A DNA stretch of 64,000 nucleotides. Source: Octopus vulgaris (lineage: Eukaryota). Shown here piece by piece: positions 12,519 through 25,557 of the stretch. Made by a program: the position numbers and the translations under genes. The stretch spans positions 14,508,001 to 14,572,000 of the forward strand of contig OX597829.1 in the NCBI GenBank assembly GCA_951406725.2, read 5' to 3'. Within the stretch, counting starts at the first letter, position 1. Every line of letters starts with the position of its first letter. Below the pieces are notes generated by a model. The model ran no database searches. It was not told the origin of the DNA and saw only the letters and a list, made by a program, of their open reading frames with translations.

Positions 12519-12950
12519 TAATGAGGATATTAGAGCTAGTAACAGCATGCTAAAATAGCAGCCAGAAACGTCTTAAGATCACAAATTTTCACTAAAGCAC
12601 AAAGGTGAAACCGGGTATTTTTTATAATCTTTATTCACTTCGATTACCTTAAATTTGTTGCGGCATTAAGAACAGTCATCGCACACATTGGTTGTGATAG
12701 ACAAGCTTTATGACCCTTGGTCAGTAAGACTCGCTGAAAATGACTAAGTGATATTTTCATAAAGCTTGAAATCGCTGCGATACGGGTATGGCTTTTCCAA
12801 TTACAACCTTTTTTCGTCATCTGTATGAGTTATTTTTGCCCAATCTCCCGATTTCACCTTTGTGTTTTAGTGAAAATGTGTGGCCTTAAGTCGTTTCTGA
12901 CTGCTATTTTAGCATGATGGTGCTATCTCTAGTAGCCTTCATTATTAATT
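12516..12950. repeat. About 100-bp inverted repeats (12516-12615 / 12847-12950) around a structured core, between (TA)n tracts
   Basis: ATGCTAAAATAGCAG.CAGAAACG.CTTAAG...TTTTCACTAAA.CACAAAGGTGAAA has its reverse complement at 12852-12916. Confidence 0.85.
12674..12787 (+). ncRNA. Decayed hammerhead-like fold with stem II supplied by an upstream strand
   Basis: ACTCG-CTGAAAA...TCATAAAGCTT-GAA-ATCGC-T-GCGAT-A-CGGGT; upstream AAGCTTTATGA pairs 11 bp with TCATAAAGCTT; AGTCA/TGACT stem directly after the core. G8 is A. Confidence 0.5.
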
Positions 12951-13022
12951 AATAACTATTTGCCTTTGTGGTATTTTACGCATGATAAGCCACTGATATT
13001 ACTGTAAACAATATCCTTATAT

Positions 13023-13090
<68 letters not shown>

Positions 13091-13096
<6 letters not shown>

Positions 13097-13398
13097 ATCA
13101 CGTGACCGACCAGGCTATCAGATGTTGCTACACATCGCTGGTCACAATGCGCTTCGCATTGTTTTAGCCTTCAAATAACGCCATCCCGCTGGGTAAGCTA
13201 GCAGGCCAACAGCAGAAAGAATGAGAGAAAGTTGTGGCGAAAGAGTACTGCAGGGATCGTCACCACCCCTGCCGGAGCCTCATGGAGCTTTTAGGTGTTT
13301 TTTTCTCTAAACACCCATAACGCTCGGTCTGGGAATCGAAACCGCGATCCTACGACCGCGAGTCCGCTGCCCTAACCACTGGGTCATTGCGCCTCCAC
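13091..13398 (-). mobile_element. tRNA-derived SINE sharing family A head but with a different, RTE-like tail
   Basis: GGAGGCGCAATGACCCAGTGGTTAGGGC...GGTTTCGATTCCC head; shared CTCTTTCGCCACAACTTTCTCTC body; tail GCATTGTGACCAGCGATGTGTAGCAAC. Confidence 0.85.
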
Positions 13399-13526
<128 letters not shown>

Positions 13527-13544
13527 CGCACACAATACTTTTCC

Positions 13545-13866
13545 ATTTGTCAAGCTTAGTACTTATTCTATTGGTCTCTTTTGTCTAACCGTTAAGATAA
13601 CGGAAACGCAAGCACTCCAGTACCGGTTGTCAAGCGGTGATGGGGGGAAAACGCTGACACGAAAACACACACACATACACACACTTACAGATACATGTAT
13701 ATATATACGACGGGTTTCTTTCAGCTTCGCTCTACCAAATTCACTCACAAGGCTTTGGACAACCCGAGGCCATAGCAGAAGACTCTCGTCCAGGGTGACA
13801 CACAGTGAGACTGAAACCCGAACCACTCGGTTGGGAAGCAAGCTTCTTACCGCACAGTCACGCTTG
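13545..13866 (-). mobile_element. SINE family B
   Basis: Reverse complement of family B head, internal (TG)/(TA) tract and ACCAATAGAATAAGTAC tail. Confidence 0.8.
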
Positions 13867-14016
13867 AGACTAAATATATGCTCAAACATTACTGAGTGGT
13901 AAGAAAATTGTTGCTCATTGACTGGGGTCGATTCGTTCAAGTAAAACACTTCAAGCCGAAGCTCTAGCTTTGTCACATTACAATGACCGAAGCAAGTAAA
14001 TGATAAAAGATAAAAG

Positions 14017-14077
14017 ACAAATACACATACACATCCCAGTATATACGTATGTACACATATACGTAGGCTTATATAAA

Positions 14078-14122
<45 letters not shown>

Positions 14123-14206
14123 ATGTATATATATATATATATGCATTTATATAAGCCTACGTATATATGTACATACGTATATACTGGGATGTGTATGTGT
14201 ATTTGT
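14017..14206. repeat. Foldback inverted duplication centred on (TA)n(TG)n(TA)n
   Basis: ACAAATACACATACACATCCCAGTATATACG...GTAGGCTTATATAAATGCATA is present as a near-perfect reverse complement ending at 14206. Confidence 0.9.
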
Positions 14207-14552
14207 ATGTGTGTGTATGAGTATACATACATATATGTATATATATATATATATATATCTATATATATATATATACATGCACATATATATATATGTGTGT
14301 GTGTGTATGTATATATACATATATATACATATATATATAAATATATATATACATACATATATGTATGTATACTCATACACACACATACATATACGTATGC
14401 ATATATATATAGATGCATATATATACATATGTATATATATGTATGTGTATATGTATGAATATATATGTGTGTGTATATATATATGTATATGTATGTATAT
14501 ATATATGTATATGTATATATATGCATATATGTATACATATATGTATATACAC

Positions 14553-14629
<77 letters not shown>

Positions 14630-14634
<5 letters not shown>

Positions 14635-15340
14635 AATGAAAAATATGCATATATATAAACATATATGTACGTACCTACCTCTACATGTACATATACACGC
14701 ATATATGTGTACAGGACACCAAAAAGACGTCGAACACATAGAGAGACGAAAAACATAGACACAAACCAAGGAACAAGACAGGCAAAAAAAGGAGAGATAC
14801 AGGACAATAAGCACAACGAAAAATCCCCTTCTTCAGTCGCTAAAGTTTCATCTACTAAACGTTTCGAAGGATAAAAGCGAGACGTATACTTCGAATGAAA
14901 AATTCCTTCCTGCGAAAAGCAAATCAATTAAAATTCTGAGATCTTTTCGCAGAGGGGTAAAAAAAAGCAAGACGGTAACGACAGTACAAACATATAAACA
15001 GTAAAAAATATATATATAAACAGTGGAAAAATAAATATATAACAGTGAGAGACAGGACAAGGAGAACAAGATAAGAAGGGCTGTTAACGCCAGACGAAAA
15101 AAGTATTGCAAACGCTGGATTATAGTGGACGACGAGAGAGGAAGATGTCGACCAGTGGCCTTAGAAGGCGGGCGAGAAAGGACAGGATAGCAGTTACGAC
15201 GGAAGTACCGTCGCAGATGGACGACGGGAATGGGGGAGGAGGAGCAAGAGGAAGAGAGAGAAGAAGGGGAATGGTGCGAGGAGACCATGAAGAACAGTGA
15301 GGGGGAGAGAGATATATATATAAATATATTTATACTTATA
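14630..15340 (-). mobile_element. Non-coding retroelement 3' end (PLE-like) carrying a permuted hammerhead
   Basis: Same layout as 6965-7640: pyrimidine tract, ribozyme fold, TGTCCTGT motif, then (TA)n. Confidence 0.5.
14825..14957 (-). ncRNA. Non-circularly permuted hammerhead ribozyme fold (copy B)
   Basis: CCCCT/AGGGG; 10-bp hairpin CTGCGAAAAG/CTTTTCGCAG; stem II GAAGGA/TCCTTC-GAA; stem III ACGT/ACGT; GUC site (C at 14881); stem I TCGCT/AGCGA-CTGAAGA; extra TTTCAT/ATGAAA. Confidence 0.85.
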
Positions 15341-16527
15341 TTTACATTATATAGAAAAAAGCATACGCGTACACATACACGCAATAATATATATAGTTAA
15401 CACACCTTTTTGTGTGTTATTACTCATGGTGTAGACTTCATGCTGATAATATTATAGTAATATGTATGTGTGTGTGTGTTCGCACGTGTGTGTAGCTGTA
15501 AAGGAACCCTACCTCTTGGGGTGAAGCATATATAAAGTTTATATCACCTTTAGATGTTTACTAGCAAAGCCTGCATGTATACATTAGCATCGATCCACGT
15601 TAAATCAATGCGCTCATTTCTGTGGCTTTATTAAAGTAGTGTTTCGTATATCGATTCTGGAAGACCCAGTTTAGTTGGAATGTGACCTGGTATGTCTTTG
15701 GTTCTTCGATTATATCATACCATTGGTTTATGGTCCGAACGATTTTGATCAAGTGATCAGATTCTATATGGTCATGAAATAATAATGTTTATAATATTAA
15801 CAATATATATATACACAATATTCATATATATAAAAAAAATTTCCAGTAATATATTCATATTGTAGGTGTCACTCGGTAAATTTACCAAGTGTTAAATTTA
15901 TGGCCGGGACCAGAACCGATTGAATCAGTATAAGTTGAGTATGTTGGTTTGTTTACACCCCAGAAACTTAGCGTTTCGATGAAAGAAAATAAAATAAATA
16001 TTGGGATCAATTAGTTCTGGAAAAACTGTGCAAGGCAGCGCCCCATCATGGCTGCACTCCAATGACTAACACAATTATAATATAAAGTATGAAAGACCTA
16101 TCTTTCCGTCTGTCCGTACGTCTGTCTGTCCGTCCGCATATATACATGCATATAGATATATGGATATAAACTAATCAGTCAATATATGAAAATAACTGAA
16201 ATATACTTGAAATGTGTGTGTATGCGTATACACACACGCACACCCATATTTATACGCGATAGGCCTTGAGTTTCCGTCTACCCACTCGTCTCGAAGCTAT
16301 AGTACAAAACACTTGCCCAAGGTGCCGCGTAGTGAGTCTGAACTTGCAACCATGTAGTTGAGAAATAAACTTCTTATCGCATAGCTACGCCTGCGCAATG
16401 CATTATAGTAACGAAAATGAAAATGAAAATATTTAATTGTTGTCCCAGTATCGCTTCAATATGGCTGAGAATCATCGAAATTTTACAATTGTTTACGTCT
16501 TGTATAGACATCTACTGAGTTACACAA

Positions 16528-16584
<57 letters not shown>

Positions 16585-16592
16585 AAGTGAGT

Positions 16593-16623
<31 letters not shown>

Positions 16624-16974
16624 GGAGAGAGGGAGAGAAGTGCATACATATGGGTAGATGTGTGTATCCATTACGTTCACGTATGCATTTATTCATACAT
16701 ATTCATATTCACATACACTCATGTATATATGCAGCTATTTTTTCACATGTGTGTATGTATGTGTGTATAAATACGTGTTCGCGTATGCGTAGGCATATAG
16801 TTATATGTATAGTATAGAAGGGTAGGGTGCTACAAATGTCTAAAGTGTTATCATTATCAAAATACTTTTCTGATATCAAAAGATACTGCATCTATATTCG
16901 TCACTCTCCGTCAATATCGTTGATTTCCGCCTGAGGTACCGATATATGCGTGTATGTGTGCGTGCGTGAACATG

Positions 16975-17023
<49 letters not shown>

Positions 17024-17066
17024 ACAGCATAACGTTTAACATATATATATGTGCCTGTGTGCATGG

Positions 17067-17067
<1 letters not shown>

Positions 17068-17127
<60 letters not shown>

Positions 17128-17220
17128 CCTACCTACTTGCCTATCTACCTACCTACGTGCCTATCTACCTACACATCTACCTATCTACCTACATATCTAC
17201 CTATCTACCTACCTACCTAC

Positions 17221-17312
<92 letters not shown>

Positions 17313-17327
17313 ATCTATCTATTTATG

Positions 17328-17415
<88 letters not shown>

Positions 17416-17450
17416 CATCTATCTATCTATCTATCTGTCTATCTATCTAC
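17068..17450. repeat. Compound (TCTA)/(CCTA)/(TCTG) microsatellite
   Basis: Direct inspection. Confidence 0.97.
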
Positions 17451-17605
17451 ATACATATATATGCACAGCACGCACACATCACACAGGTATACTTATAAAT
17501 ATATACGTGTGTATACATATACATATGTACGGCAGCACGCGAACATGTATGAGTATATGTGTTTGTAGCTATTTATATAGGTCTAAACATATACATCACA
17601 GAAAC

Positions 17606-17646
<41 letters not shown>

Positions 17647-17924
17647 AAGTAACATTTTATCTTCCTTACAAACATCTTATTTCCTTCAGGCTTTTCTGCT
17701 CAAACTTTTGACGATAGACTTTCAAAAACTCTATTTTCGTCTTACATTTGCTGTGTGTATCTTCACCCTATAATACAAATTCTGGTTATTTTGCGCATCT
17801 TTTCAATATTTCTTCATTGTTCAGTCAATTTATGCTATTGAATATCTTAAAAGCTTGCATGAATAGTAGCGAAGCTTGCACGGATGGATATTTTCTCGTC
17901 GATAATAACGATTGCTTCACGTTT

Positions 17925-19745
17925 TAGCACAAAGCCTGCAATATTATAGTGTATGTGTGCGTGCGTATGTGTGTGCGTGTGTGCGTGTGTGTGTGTGTGT
18001 GTGTGAGGTTTAGTCGATTACATCGACCACAATACTTGACTGGTATTTATTTGATATATCCAGCAATGATGAAAGGCAAAGTTGATCTTGGTAGAATATG
18101 AACTGAGAACGTAAAGAACCAGAAGAAAGGCCACTTTTAAATGGCTCCAGATTTGGCGCAAGGCCAGTAATTTCAGGGGTTGAGGTAAATCAAATTATAT
18201 CGAACCCAGTGTGTAACTGGTACTAATTCCATAGAGCTCGAAATGATGAAAGGTAACGTCAAACTCGGCGGCATTTGAACTCAGAACGTAAAGATGGATG
18301 GAATGCCGCTAAGCATTTTTTCCCGGTGCTTTAACGATTTCTATAAGCTCACCGCCTTAACAACAACAGCAATAATTATTATTCTTTTTACTACTGACAA
18401 GGAGTCTCAGATTTTGTGGGTAGGGTCTAATCGAATATATCATTTTATCGACCCTGGAAGGATGAAAGGTAAAGCCGACTTCGGCAGAATTTGAACTGAG
18501 AACGTAAATAGCCGGAAGAAATGACGCTGTTTTGTTCAAAAGCTTTCACGAACCCTAGGATTCATAAAGCATGTTATGCGGATTCCATGGAGTATAAGTG
18601 ACCGAGATCATGGCATTTTCCCTGAACGGATGCTGGTCCGTTACAAAGTTCAAGACAAACAATTTGAAGGAAAGGAACCAGGTCGATTACATCAATCCCA
18701 AGTGCTAAGCTGCTCCTTTATTTTATCAACCCCGAAAAGATGAAAGACAAACTTGACCTTGGCAGAATTTGAACTCAGAACGTTAGGAGTTTGAAGAAAT
18801 CATGCTCAGCATTTTCTCCGACGCTCTAACGATACTGTCAGCTCTCCGCACCTCGTTGTTAATAATTTCTTTTTTCTATAGGCACAAGGCCAGGAATTTT
18901 GAGGGGGAGGGCAAGTCGATCATTTTCATCCCAGGGCTCAATTAGTACTTATTTTAACAACCCAGATTGAATGGAAGGCGGAGTCAAACTCGAGGGAATA
19001 TAAAGACCGACGAAATGTTATAAAGTATTTTGTACAACGTGCTTACAAGTCTACTAGCATGTTGCCTCTAATATAAAATAATAATTCTTTTCTCCTCTAG
19101 GCACAAGGCCCGAAATTTTTTTTTTTTGGGGGGGGGCAGTCGATTAGATCGACCCCAGTTCGCAACAGGTTCTTAATTTATTGACCCCGAAAGGACCACG
19201 GCGGAATTTGAACTCAGAGCATAAAGACAGATGACATACCGGAAATACCTATTTCTTTAATACCCACGAGGGGCTAAACACAGAGAGGACAAACAAGGAC
19301 AGACAAACGGATTAAGTCGATTATATCGACCCCTGTGCGTAACTGGTACTTATTTAATCGACCCCGAAAGGATGAAAGGCAAAGTCGACCTCCGCGGAAT
19401 TTGAACTCAGAACGTAAAGATAGACGAAATACCTATTTTTTTACTACCCACAAGGGCTAAACACAGAGAGGACGAACAAGGACAGAGAAACGGATTAAGT
19501 CGATTATATCGACCCCAGTGCGTAACTGGTACTTATTTAATCGACCCCGAAAGGATGAAAGACAAAGTCGACCTCGGCGGAATTTGAACTCAGTACGTAA
19601 CAGCAGACAAAATACCTATTTCTTTACTACCCACAAGGGGCTAAACACAGAGAGGACAAACAAGAACAGACGAACGGATTAAGTCGATTATATCGACCCC
19701 AGTGCGTAACTGGTACTTAATTTATCGACCCCGAAAGGATGAAAG
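17925..19745 (-). mobile_element. Cluster of co-oriented family C (Meta-like) SINEs; young tandem array of about 184-bp units at 19242-19745
   Basis: GATGAAAGGCAAAG..GAC...GG..GAATTTGAACTCAG recurs at about 18070, 18245, 18460, 18740, 18970, 19200, 19371, 19554; AAATACCTAT junction near 19242, 19426, 19609. Confidence 0.9.
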
Positions 19746-19839
19746 AATTTTTGTTGAGCATGAGTATTATATATTTAGCGCATTCGGGTAGCATTGTACA
19801 TTTAGCTATTATATAAAATGTGTATGTAGTTGTTGGTGT

Positions 19840-20250
19840 AATTGTGTGTGGAAAGACGTTTTCTTCCCAACCACATAGTCCCGGCTTCAGTTCCACAAGT
19901 TGGCAACTTAGACGAGTGGCTTCTACTATATCCCCGGGATGACCAATGCCTTTTGAGTGGATTTGGCGAACGGAAACCGAAAGAAACTCTTTCACACTCT
20001 TTCACTCTCTTTCTTTCTCTCTCCCTCTCCATCACTACTTATCTATCTAACAATCAGTATGATAGTCAGTCCACCACTACCGCTTGACATATGGTGTTGG
20101 TTTGTTTACATCCCCGCAAACCAGGAGATCAGCAAAAGAAACCAATGAAATAATTAAGTGACGTGGTCGATGTGTTCGACCAAAACCTTTCAAGACGATA
20201 CTCCAGCATGGTCACAATCCAACGTCTGAAACAAGTAAAACATACAAGAT
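19840..20250 (+). mobile_element. SINE family B (diverged)
   Basis: CTTCCCAACCACAT...GAGTGGATTTGG...CTCCAGCATGG...TGAAACAAGTAAAA. Confidence 0.8.
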
Positions 20251-20564
20251 AACACACACACACACAAGTTTCTAGCATCAATGTTGTAAAAAGAAATAGA
20301 TTTTAAAATAAAATACATGAGCGTATATGTAAAGTCTATAAATTATATTCACTTTAGATAAAATGAATAAATGAATATGTTATCAGGCAAAAGATAGGCA
20401 TATATATTAACAGATCAATGTCTGTCTATATGCATATATACATGCACACACACACATATATGTACGTGTGTGTTTGTGTGTATGTATTTGTCAATGTATG
20501 CATATATATATGTTTGTGCATGTATGTATATAGTATATGCATGTATATATATACACATACACAC

Positions 20565-20656
<92 letters not shown>

Positions 20657-20808
20657 TGTGTATAACATGTTGCGACTTGCCTGAAGATCCTGTATATCTA
20701 GAAGTAAAACTCAATGTATGATTCAACCAAACTAAAATATATTATTAATTTCTACTATGATACTGAGTACGCCTTTTCTGACGCTTAACTCACCTCCCCT
20801 CCATTTCG

Positions 20809-20864
<56 letters not shown>

Positions 20865-21041
20865 GTGTAGTCAACAGTGGTGTCCCGGAATGACCGCAGC
20901 TTTGAAGCTGATACATTTTAAAGAATTAAAGAATATATATGTACACACATATATAGACATATATACACAGACACACATACATATATATACATATATGCAT
21001 ACATTCATATGTGTGTGTATATATATATGTAATATATAAAA

Positions 21042-21077
<36 letters not shown>

Positions 21078-21346
21078 TAATTCATACACCCACACGCAAG
21101 CATACACACACACATATACATTCGTACATAGATATATATTGAAATAAAATAGAATGATATACTTCAGATTGAACAAAAGACTAAAAGAAATGAGGAACAT
21201 CCGCAAACTATATTAAATATATTCACTTTAGTTAACATGAATAAATGAATACATTAGTGTCCAAATAAATACGGAAACTTAAAGAGAGGAAGAGAGGGAG
21301 AGAGAGACAGGAAAAAAATCGAAAATCGAATATAAATTTATATACA

Positions 21347-21399
<53 letters not shown>

Positions 21400-21413
21400 G
21401 TATTAATACATTT

Positions 21414-21497
21414 GAGAGTCAATAAAATTGTTTAAATGAGTTATAAGTTATTCAGCTTGCAATAGCAACAATGTTTAATATATATCTGAAGATGAAC
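21414..21497 (+). ncRNA. Decayed permuted hammerhead (copy E)
   Basis: Same order: GAGT...ATTGTT...GTTAT-A...GCTT-GCA-ATAGC-AACAAT...CTGAAGA. Stem III and the extra stem pair; GAA is GCA and stem I is eroded. Confidence 0.4.
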
Positions 21498-21724
21498 ATG
21501 TTTTTACTCGTGTGTGTGTGTGTGTGTGTTTAAATATATATGCATAGTATTTTATGTGCATGCCTGAATTTTTTAATGCACATATGTGTATATGTATTTA
21601 AATACATATATGTGGGCATGTGTTTTTGTATGTCTGCATGCATTTATATACTTATATATTTAAATTCAAATACGTGTGAATGTATTTTATATGTATGCAT
21701 GTATTATATGTAATTGTATATATG

Positions 21725-21756
<32 letters not shown>

Positions 21757-21794
21757 TGTTTGTATGTATCTTATATATTTGTGTATGGATGTAA

Positions 21795-21832
<38 letters not shown>

Positions 21833-22638
21833 ACTTGTAGATATTTGTAGGGGTATATATGTATGTTTATATGTGTAGATATGTATATGTATGTACGTAT
21901 GTGTATGTATGTGCATGTATGTATATGTGTGTATGTATGTATATGCATGTATGCATTTAAGTATACATGTATGCATGCATGTGTGCATATATGTATTTAT
22001 ATGCGTACGGATGCGTATATATTCGTATGTATATTTATATGCACATATGTTTTTATATGTGCATATGCGTTTATATATGCGTGCAGATATTTATGTGTGT
22101 TTATGTGTACAGAAGTACGTTTATATATATGTGTTTATATATACATAATTATGTATATGTTTATGTGAACGTGGGTACATTTATGTATATATGCATATGT
22201 GTATTTGTGTGCGTATATATATATATATATATATGTGCATGTAGAGAGAGATATATACATATGTATAAGTGGATGAGGAGGAAATGAGCGAGAGAACATG
22301 TATGTGTATGAGTGTGCGTGTCAGTGTGTGTGCGTGTGTGCGTTTGTATCCGTGGGTAAAGAGATAGAAGGGAAGGGAGAGGGGAGTAGAAGAAGGATTC
22401 CCTTTGGCCTGCTGGAACCCCAGGGGAGTTCTAGGAACTTTTGGCGTTTGTCTATTCTAGCGTAACTGAATGTGTGTCGGTGGGTAGGCAGGTCATAAAT
22501 TATACCTTTTATGATTTTGAGGATGTTCAGTTGCTATTTGGGGTCTAAGAACTTCGTCTACTTTGTATGATTGTACTGTGGAGGTGTATGTGTGTGCGTC
22601 TCTGTGAGTACGTGTGTGTTTTTGTGTGTGTGTGTGCG

Positions 22639-22673
<35 letters not shown>

Positions 22674-22852
22674 CTCTGTGTGTTTGGAGTAGGGGGAGAG
22701 ACAAATAGAGAAAAGGGAAAATAAAAATAAAGATGAAATAAGGGAGGAAGAGAAAAAATATATATATGTGTGTGTATATGTGGGTATATATATGTGTATA
22801 TATATATGTGCGTGTGTTTGCGTGTTTGCATGTATGTGTATGTGTATTTGTA

Positions 22853-22892
<40 letters not shown>

Positions 22893-23267
22893 CTTGTGTA
22901 TTTATATGTATGTGTGTGTGTGTCTGTATGTATATACATGGGCATATGTATGTGTACATATATGGATATTCGCATGTGTATGTATGTGGGTTTGTATGTA
23001 TATTTATTCTATATGTTTTTTCATGTATATTTATCTACTTCCTCCCTCTACTTAACAACAACAAACTGACTAAAAGCAATTGTCTTCTAATTTACCTAAA
23101 ACTCTATTCAATTATTCTATTTATTCATTTATTTACTTTATCACTGATTCTTTTGACTACTCCCCTAAGAACGATAGTTTGTGCCCTGCTTACCCCAAAA
23201 ACGCCTCCCACCACCACCCCATTAAATCTGCCTAAATGTATAAATACCAGACCTTATTTTGACAGCC

Positions 23268-23318
23268 AGCTTCCTGAAGATTTCATTTGAATGAAACAGT
23301 TCTAGTCCTGTAGAAGCT
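23268..23318 (+). ncRNA. Type I hammerhead with closed stem III
   Basis: AGCTTC-CTGAAGA-TTTC(ATTT)GAAT-GAA-ACAG(TTCTAGTC)CTGT-A-GAAGCT; only the 10.1-11.1 pair is non-canonical (U.U). AATAAA follows, then (TA)n about 80 bp later. Confidence 0.75.
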
Positions 23319-24524
23319 CCTTCTATAAAATAAATTAATTTACTCTGCTATGTATTGAGTACCTTATTTACTGTGGTTAACCCCTACTCAACCCGGGACC
23401 TATATATATATATATATAGATATATATATATATATATACCCGGGATATATATATATATGTATATAGATATATATATGTATATAGATATATATATATATAA
23501 TGTTTGCGTGTGCGCACGCACGCGTTTGTCCTCGTAATTTAGCTTAGACGTTCGTCATAAGAGAACGAAAGCCTAAGTACCAAGCTTATAAAATAATTAA
23601 GAATTCATTATTAGAGTTGATCCGTTCATCTTCAGAGTCGTGCGAAACATACTCTCGGTGACATGACTGAAATGAGTAAAAGATAAAAGCGGAGCATAAA
23701 GATTCTAAATCTTCGCATATTCAATGCGCGCGCGCGCACACACACACACACACACGCACACACACACACACAACTATAGATTTTCTGCAGAATTCAGACC
23801 CAGCACTGTATGTTACGACATTTCCTATACGATTACGTCTATGTAAACAATTCGATTGGAGGCAGAAAAAGTTGATAATGAGTATATATGCATATTTCAA
23901 GAGTTATTGTCCTTTCATCAGTGTCATATCCAACCAATCAGTAATCAACAAACGCATTGCTTGCGTCTCCACTAAGTTTAGCGGTGCAACACTATTGGTT
24001 AGACTAATTTACTTACTAAACTCATTCCTGGCGGCTGATACCTTAAATAGTAATTGTTAGCAAGGCCATTATATTTTGTTTGGCAACCATAATATATTAC
24101 CAAGTATATTAAAGGCTTACAAGACAATTCTGTGTCTTAAATTTTGTGTTGAGAGTACGATATTCTCATACACTTGGTTGTGTACTGGTCGCAAATTGAA
24201 TTACTGAGTCGTCCTTGTTAGTAATACATGCATATATAATCTTCCGGTTACAGATTACGAGACGATATCTTTAAGTATCTCCAAGTTTTGCAATGGGTCA
24301 ACGCTAGCATTTATTTCTTTAAATTAATTATTCTTAAGAAGGAAAGCGATGAGGATTTTTGGCGAGATTATATTTCATAAGTAATACGGCTTAATGTTTC
24401 TGCCAAAATACATTGAAAGATATCAGACTACTTAATAAAATTATATGGATAGTTGCAAGTAACATTCAGGATATGCCCGATATGTGTTCGATAATGTTTA
24501 CGACACTAGCGCTGCTTCTAATTC

Positions 24525-24610
<86 letters not shown>

Positions 24611-24784
24611 GTATATATATATTTATATATATATTTACAGGTATATATATATATACATACATATGTATATATATATATTTACAGGTATATATATACACAC
24701 ATATATATATATATATTTACAGGTATATATATATATATATATATACATACATATGTATATATAGATATTTACAGGTATATATAT

Positions 24785-24849
<65 letters not shown>

Positions 24850-25004
24850 CATATATATATATATATTTACAGGTATATATATACATATATATATATATAT
24901 TTACAGGTATATATATATATACATACATATATATTTAGAGGTATATATATATACATACCTAGGTATGTATATATATATAGGTATGTATATTTATACATAG
25001 GTAT

Positions 25005-25036
<32 letters not shown>

Positions 25037-25512
25037 TATAATATATAGGTATGTATATATATACATAGGTATGTATATATATATATATATATAGGTATGT
25101 ATATATAGAGGTATGTTATATATATATATATATATATATATTATATTAAATTAGAGATAAAACCACTATTAGGCAAATCAAACAGTGAAAAACATAAGCC
25201 AATACATAAAATTAATTTAAAAATATAAAAGTTAAAAATAAAAAATTATTTAAATAATTTAAACTTATAAATTTTATATATATATACAAATATATATATA
25301 TATGTGTGTATGTATATTTTTATATTTATATATTATTTATTAATTAATTAATTAATTAATTAATTAATTTATTTATTTATTTATTTTATTTTATTTATTT
25401 ATTGTTTTTTTTATATATCAAAAGTATTAAAAGTTTGATAAAAGATAAAGAGTAAAACACTACGATCGTTTCATGGCTGTACCAATTCGAATAACAATAC
25501 TGATGTGCGTGT

Positions 25513-25557
<45 letters not shown>

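Noticed and set aside
19242-19745. CRISPR-like regular repeats
   Set aside because: Whole units of about 184 bp are repeated with no unique spacers, they are SINE bodies, and the context is eukaryotic with no cas genes.
20685-20720. CTGAAGA followed by GAAG
   Set aside because: No convincing stems.
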